Part shown: piece by piece, positions 58,478 through 64,000 of the stretch
Layout of the letters: every line of letters begins with the position of its first letter
Position numbering within the stretch: position 1 is the stretch's first letter
Origin: Roseibacillus sp.
GTDB lineage: Bacteria > Verrucomicrobiota > Verrucomicrobiia > Verrucomicrobiales > Akkermansiaceae
DNA length: 64,000 bases
Assembly (NCBI GenBank): GCA_965242925.1
Contig: CBDEUM010000029.1
Location: 224,001-288,000 of the forward strand
Reading direction: 5' to 3'
Program-made: the position numbers and the translations under genes
Notes under the pieces: generated by a model
Database searches by the model: none
What the model saw: the letters and a program-made list of their open reading frames with translations, nothing else
Told to the model about the DNA's origin: nothing

Positions 58478-59950
58478 ATGCGCTTCCCGGTTGTCCTGTT
58501 TCTTCTCCTCACGCTTCTTCCCGTGGTCGGCAGGGAGCGTCCCCACGTCCTCTTCCTCGCGGTGGACGACCTCAATGACTGGATCGGTTGTCTGAAAGGT
58601 CATCCCCAGGCGCACACCCCGAACATGGACCGCCTTGCCGCCCGGGGCGTGCTCTTCACCAATGCCCACTGCGTGGCCCCGGCCTGCAATCCTTCCCGGG
58701 CGGCGGTCTTCAGCGGTCGGAGGCCGGGCGTGACCGGGGTCTGGTCCAACCAGAGCGGCTCCCTCGCGCGCCGCTACCCGCAGGCCCGTCTCCTCAGCAC
58801 CGCCTTCGCGGAGTCCGGGTACGAAACCCTCGGGGCGGGTAAACTTCTCCACTCCCGGGGAGGGAAGTCCTTTGGAGAATACTTCGGAGTGAGCCAGCGC
58901 TGGAGTCCCCTGTCGAAGGAGGCGGTGAAGTACACCCGGAAGGAGCTTCCCAGCAAGGCAACGGCGAATCCACGCCATGTCACCAGGGACAGCCGTGGCC
59001 GCAAGGTGGTTCTGCCCCTCAACCGCATGCCTTCGGATCGCAAGCCGACGGAGACTGATGGCGAGTCTTTCGACTGGGGAGGATGGGATGTGCCGGATAC
59101 GGATTTCGGGGATACCCGGATTACGGACTGGGCGATTGGTAAACTGAAAGAAGAGGCAAAGAAACCGCTGTTCCTCGCGGTGGGTTACTACCGTCCCCAT
59201 ATTCCTCTCTGGGCCCCCAAGCGGTTTTTTGACCGTTTTAAGGATGAACCGGGAAACCTGCCTCCCGCCAAGGAGTCCGATCTGAATGACCTCGGTGAAG
59301 GGGGCCGCAAGTGGGCGCGGGAGGCGGTCACGGCGGGTAGCCATGCCACGGTAATACAATACGGCCAGTGGCAGGCTGCGGTGGAAGCCTACCTTGCCTG
59401 CACCACTTATGTGGATCATGAGATCGGACGGCTGCTCGAGGCTCTCGACCAGAGTGCGGTTGGCCAGAATACGTGGATCGTGCTGTGGTCCGACCACGGC
59501 TGGCACCTCGGGGAGAAGGAGCACTGGGGAAAGTGGACCGGCTGGGAGCGGTCGACCCGGGTTCCTCTCATGGTGGTCCCCCCCCGGTCACAGGCCGGGG
59601 AGTTTGCCGCAGGGGGATCGCGTTGCCACCAGCCTGTCAGCCTGCTCGACCTTTATCCCACCCTCGTGGAGCTTTGCGGGTTGAAGGGCCCGGGTAAGCT
59701 GGATGGCCAGTCCCTGGTTCCCCTGCTGCAGGAACCCTCCCGGTCTACGGGACGGGTAGTGGTCACTACCTTTGATCGGGGCAATGTCTCCCTGCGTAGC
59801 GACCGCTGGCGCTACATCCGGTATGGCAACGGGGAGGAAGAGCTCTACGATCTGAAGGCGGACCCCAATGAGTGGTTCAACCTCGCCGGTCGACCGGAAC
59901 ATGCCGCCACAAGGAAAAGGTTCGCCGCCCGTGTCTCGGGGGAGGATTAG
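58478..59950 (+). CDS. Secreted sulfatase (iduronate/choline sulfatase-like)
   Basis: PHVLFLAVDDLND, CNPSRA, YYRPHIP, WSDHGW. Confidence 0.92.
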   Translation: MRFPVVLFLLLTLLPVVGRERPHVLFLAVDDLNDWIGCLKGHPQAHTPNMDRLAARGVLFTNAHCVAPACNPSRAAVFSGRRPGVTGVWSNQSGSLARRYPQARLLSTAFAESGYETLGAGKLLHSRGGKSFGEYFGVSQRWSPLSKEAVKYTRKELPSKATANPRHVTRDSRGRKVVLPLNRMPSDRKPTETDGESFDWGGWDVPDTDFGDTRITDWAIGKLKEEAKKPLFLAVGYYRPHIPLWAPKRFFDRFKDEPGNLPPAKESDLNDLGEGGRKWAREAVTAGSHATVIQYGQWQAAVEAYLACTTYVDHEIGRLLEALDQSAVGQNTWIVLWSDHGWHLGEKEHWGKWTGWERSTRVPLMVVPPRSQAGEFAAGGSRCHQPVSLLDLYPTLVELCGLKGPGKLDGQSLVPLLQEPSRSTGRVVVTTFDRGNVSLRSDRWRYIRYGNGEEELYDLKADPNEWFNLAGRPEHAATRKRFAARVSGED

Positions 59951-59962
59951 GCGACCCTGTTG

Positions 59963-61981
59963 TCACTCCTCCACTCTCTGGAGGCGGAAGAACTGCTGTG
60001 ACGCGTCAGGGAGTTGGATGGTGAAGATCTGCTCGGTGCTGTCCTGAAACGAATGGACCGATCCTTCCACACTCTCCCAGTTCTCCAGATCAGACGAGCT
60101 CTCTAGATGGTAACGGCTGGAGTCGTCGAAGCCGGCATAATCGATATGGAGCTGGAAATATCCGTTCCAGTAATTCACTGGCACAAGGTCGAACCGGAAC
60201 AGGGTCTGGAGATATTCTTCCAGGTCACTCAGTTGGCTCTCCCTCGCGGTCTCCAGCAGGGTGGACTCGGCAAAGACGTTTTCGTGGTGCCCGATCAGGT
60301 AGAGGGCCATCTCTGCCTGCCTGCTTTCCATGGCCTGGATGAGAGGGGTCAGGTTCCCGGGGTTGCCCTCGGAAGCTGGTTCGACTGTCTGGAGGTCCAG
60401 CCCTTCCTCCTGGTAGGCCTTAACGAGCTCCAGGTTTCCGGTGCGAATGGCATCCCAGAATGAGATGCCATGGCCTGCGGGGGCCTGCCGCTGCTGGAGC
60501 AGATTGAGGGTCTCCCCGGTGGCCACGTCGAGCGGGGTTGCTCCGAAGGCGTTGAGCGCGGCCATCGAGTCGGCACTGGCCAGGTGCCCAGCCACGTCCA
60601 GGCTGTCATGTTGGGCCGCAAGGTGAAGAGGAGTGTTGAGCTGCTGGCTGAGGCTGGCTCCGTGGTCGAGCAGGAACTGAACGCCGGACACGTTGTTCTC
60701 TTCAAGCATCACGATCATCGGAGAGACAACACCGCCGAGGGTGAAACTGCAGTATTGCAGGTTCACATTGGCTCCCATGCCTCACCAGCAACCGGGCGCA
60801 TTCCATCGCAGTTATCCCTGAAGGGCCGTGACGGTCACCGGGGGGATAGAGGGTGGGGAGCCCTGGCCGGGGTTAGTTCTCCAGGCGGCAGGTCCGGGAT
60901 TGGCCGCAATCTTGGGGGCGGTAATCAGCATCCCCTGGTCCAGATAGGAGGCCAAGACGGCAACGTTGTCGTCCTCAATCGCCTCCTGATAGCTGGGCAA
61001 ACTACTTTCCGTTCCGCCGTTTTCCATTAAGTAGTCGGCCACATCGCTCCTGTTCCGCGCACGGGCCAGCATCAAGGGGGTCTCGCCATTGATATTGACC
61101 GCGTTGATGTCCGCCTCCGCCTCCACCAGTAATTCAAGGACTGGGAGGGACATCGAACGCTGGATCGCAAAGTGAAGGATTGTGGTGAGGTCCTCAAGAG
61201 CGCCTCCGATCCTAATTCCATTATTCAACAGCCACTCCAGTTCATCAGGATCAACCCGTGATTCGGGTCCGTTTGGATCAAGGACGTTGAATTGCGTCGT
61301 CAGTAAATCGAGGAGCGAAGTTTCATCCAGCACGGCTCCGTAAGCCAAAGGTAGTTGCAGAAACTGCCGGTTAAACCTGCCGCGAAATTCTTTGGGAATT
61401 CGAACTCCGTTGATTGTGGCTCCATATTCGATCAGAAGGTCCATCGCTTCAGCGGTCTGGGCCGCAAAGATTTGCGAGCTTGGGTTGGCTCCATTATCCA
61501 GGAGGAAGCGGGCGGTCTGGAGTTGACCAGATGTCAGGGCAACTCCGAGAGGCGTAGTGACAGGAGAGCTGAATAAGGGGTAATTCGGAACGATGCGGTC
61601 TACATCTACGCCAGCAGCGATGAGATGCCTTAGCGTCTCGGTCTGTCCATTTTGCGCGGCAGAGTGTGTGTATACCAAGCAGCCAAAGAAACCAGCGCAG
61701 CCGAATCCATGTGGATCGGCCCCGGCATCAATGAATAGCGGAATGAGGTGCGGTTGGTCGTGATGGATACACAATCCAATTGTGGGATAACGCCCTTGAG
61801 GTGACAGCCCTACCGTGATCCGCCCTGGAACGACTTCGACAAAATGTGGATCAGCCCCGTTGGCGAGGAGTTGTTGGACGGCTTCGGCATCCCCGGAGGA
61901 GATCGCCTCTCGCATGGGATCTGCTGAGGCAGGGAGAATGAGTGCAATGCTGCAGAGAATTGAAAACCAGAGATGTTTCAT
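59963..61981 (-). CDS. Secreted ankyrin-repeat protein interrupted by compensating indels at about 60775-60820
   Basis: Signal peptide at 61981; repeated ankyrin motifs (LLANGADP, TPLGVA, GETPLMLA, TPLHLAA). The two ORFs share a frame, and the short gap reads MECARLLVRHG in another frame, continuing into ANVN. Confidence 0.8.
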
Positions 61982-62230
61982 CGGGGGGGTAGCGGTAACC
62001 TGATCACCGGTGAGAGAAGCGGCAAGGCGGATCTCCCTGCGCGGTGCTCTCTGGCGTGACATCCGGCATGCCGACGGCGAGGAGGAGCTCTACGCTGGCA
62101 GGCCGATTTTAACGGGTTTGCAGCGCTTGCCGTGGGGAAGGCTGGACCGACTACACCGGGAACCCTAGCATCCCGGGGCCCGCTGGAGGCCCGACTCTTT
62201 CTCCCCTTCCCGTTGGAGAGGAAACCTGTG

Positions 62231-63706
62231 ATGAAATTGCTTCCTGTCTTCTTTTGCCTCGCCAGCGTGTGCGGTGCTGTTGCGCAGGCGGCGAAGCCCA
62301 ACATGGTGGTGGTCCTGGTGGATGACCACGCCTTGGAAGCGATCTCGGCCTACGGTACCCATCTCAAGGATCACGCCAGAACCCCTGCCATTGATCGACT
62401 CGCCAGAGAGGGGATGCGTTTCGACAACTTCAGCTGCGGGAACTCGATCTGCTCGCCGAGCCGCGCGTCCATCCTGACCGGCCAGTACAGTCACCGGAAC
62501 GGGGTGCTTGGCCTGAACGGGGCGATCAACGGGGACTCTCCGCAGTATCCGGTGGAACTGCAGAAGGCGGGGTATGACACCTACCTTGTCGGCAAGTGGC
62601 ACTTGAACAGCAAGCCCAGGGGCTACCGCAAATACATGGTGGTGAAGGGGCAGGGAAAATACTTCGACCCGGTCTTCACCGGTTCCGAGGGCACCTGGGA
62701 GCGGGAAGGCTACTCCACCGACGTCTACACCGACATCGCGATGAAATGGCTCAAGGAGCGTGACCGCTCCCGGCCCTTTCTCATGTGCCTCCAGTTCAAG
62801 GCTCCCCATCACGACTACGGACATGCCAGTCGTTACGACGAACTCCTGGCCGGAGTGACCATCCCCGAGCCAGCGACACTCCATGAGGATCTCGCCAACT
62901 GTGACTCGAACCTGAAGCGTGAATTCCTGAAGGCGACCAAGTTCCACATGCTGCACTCAAAGGGCCGGGGTGGCCGGAAGGATCCCGGGGGCAGCTACTA
63001 TGCCCGTCACCTGAAGGACAAGGCTCCCAACACAATGTGGAAGCATGATCCCGCTGATGACAGGGACAAGATCCGGGTGGCCTACCAGCACATGATGCAC
63101 AAGTACATCCGCTGTCTGGCCGGCAATGACGACAACCTCAGGCGGGTGCTCGATTATCTTGATACCGAGGGCCTCACCGGGGATACGGTGGTCATCTACA
63201 CCTCGGATCAGGGCTACTGGCTGGGCCAGCACGGGCTCTACGACAAGCGATTGATCCTCGAGACCTCCATGCGGATGCCGTTCCTGGTCCGTTACCCCGG
63301 GCTGATCAAGGCGGGTTCGGTCAACCGGGACCTGTGTATGAACGTCGACATCGCCCCGACCCTGCTGGAACTGGCCGGGGTGGAGATACCCGTGGCCATG
63401 CAGGGGCGCAGCATGATGCCCCTGCTGAAAGGGAAGCAGGTTGCCGACTGGAGGACGGCCCAGTTCTACACCTACTGGAGCAATCCGGGCCATTACGGGA
63501 TCCGGACCGGGCGCTTCACCTACCTGAAGGTGACCGGTCACCCGGCCGAGTTGTTTGACCGGAAAAAGGATCCGGACCAGCGCTATAATGTGGCGGGGAG
63601 GGAGGTCTACCGGGAGGTCATCAAGGAGCTCGAACTGGAACTCAATCGCCAGATCAGGGAGGCCGGGATCTCCGCCTCTGAACTTCCAGGAGCCAAAAAA
63701 AAATGA
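62231..63706 (+). CDS. Secreted sulfatase (N-acetylglucosamine-6-sulfatase/MdsA-like)
   Basis: KPNMVVVLVDDH, CSPSRAS, GKWHL, KAPH, YTSDQG. Confidence 0.92.
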   Translation: MKLLPVFFCLASVCGAVAQAAKPNMVVVLVDDHALEAISAYGTHLKDHARTPAIDRLAREGMRFDNFSCGNSICSPSRASILTGQYSHRNGVLGLNGAINGDSPQYPVELQKAGYDTYLVGKWHLNSKPRGYRKYMVVKGQGKYFDPVFTGSEGTWEREGYSTDVYTDIAMKWLKERDRSRPFLMCLQFKAPHHDYGHASRYDELLAGVTIPEPATLHEDLANCDSNLKREFLKATKFHMLHSKGRGGRKDPGGSYYARHLKDKAPNTMWKHDPADDRDKIRVAYQHMMHKYIRCLAGNDDNLRRVLDYLDTEGLTGDTVVIYTSDQGYWLGQHGLYDKRLILETSMRMPFLVRYPGLIKAGSVNRDLCMNVDIAPTLLELAGVEIPVAMQGRSMMPLLKGKQVADWRTAQFYTYWSNPGHYGIRTGRFTYLKVTGHPAELFDRKKDPDQRYNVAGREVYREVIKELELELNRQIREAGISASELPGAKKK

Positions 63707-64000
63707 AGTTCCAACCGTTACTTCTCATGCTGGTGGCGATGGTCGCCGTTGCGGGTCCGATGGCCGGGGCGGTGGAACGCCCGAACATCGTCTTTGTCCT
63801 GTTTGACGATTTCGGGTGGGGACAGCCCCCGAGCAACCGGGGGGATTCCCCCTTCAAGACCCCCTCCTTCGATGGCCTGGCACGGGAAGGAATGCGATTT
63901 ACGGACGCCCATTCCGCGGCGGCCAACTGCACGCCGACCAGGTATGGTCTCCTTACTGGCCGTTACCCGTCCCGGATCGGACAATTCGGCGTCCTCAACA
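63703..64000 (+). CDS. Secreted arylsulfatase-like protein, 3'-partial
   Basis: ATGA overlap at 63703; MKFQPLLLMLV signal; RPNIVFVLFDDFGWG, FTDAHS, CTPTRYGLLTGRY. Confidence 0.9.
   Translation, partial: MKFQPLLLMLVAMVAVAGPMAGAVERPNIVFVLFDDFGWGQPPSNRGDSPFKTPSFDGLAREGMRFTDAHSAAANCTPTRYGLLTGRYPSRIGQFGVLN

Overview
GC-rich bacterial chromosomal window. The gene content (DUF1549/DUF1553-DUF1501 and DUF1592-DUF1552 pairs, PVC-type heme proteins, four sulfatases, an SHD1 fusion, secreted proteins with a Y-x-x-E/Q-S-S...W...R C-terminal tail) points to the PVC superphylum, most likely Verrucomicrobiota (inference). About 50 CDS are supported, including yebC, iscS-like, ilvC, queG, aroK, tsaC/sua5, murJ and ctaA, plus a PhnDCE-like ABC importer, a MoxR-DUF58-transglutaminase operon and one tRNA-Pro(CGG). 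No integrase, transposase, CRISPR array or rRNA was seen. Four genes are broken by 1-nt indels in short homopolymers, probably read or assembly errors. Main leads: (1) a MurJ flippase with a ~174-aa inserted domain resembling a circularly permuted NPCBM/NEW2 carbohydrate-binding module; (2) a structured RNA with its own promoter, an intrinsic terminator and a possible antiterminator ahead of the PhnD-like 'putative selenate' ABC operon; (3) an unannotated 28-aa hydrophobic ORF with ATGA overlaps at both ends, linking a secreted SNase-HhH nuclease to a SWIM-SNF2 ATPase; (4) a tandem pair of apparently active and inactive secreted cyclophilins; (5) a 5'-truncated cupin gene abutting the tRNA-Pro 3' end. 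All family assignments come from motif recognition by eye; no database search was run.
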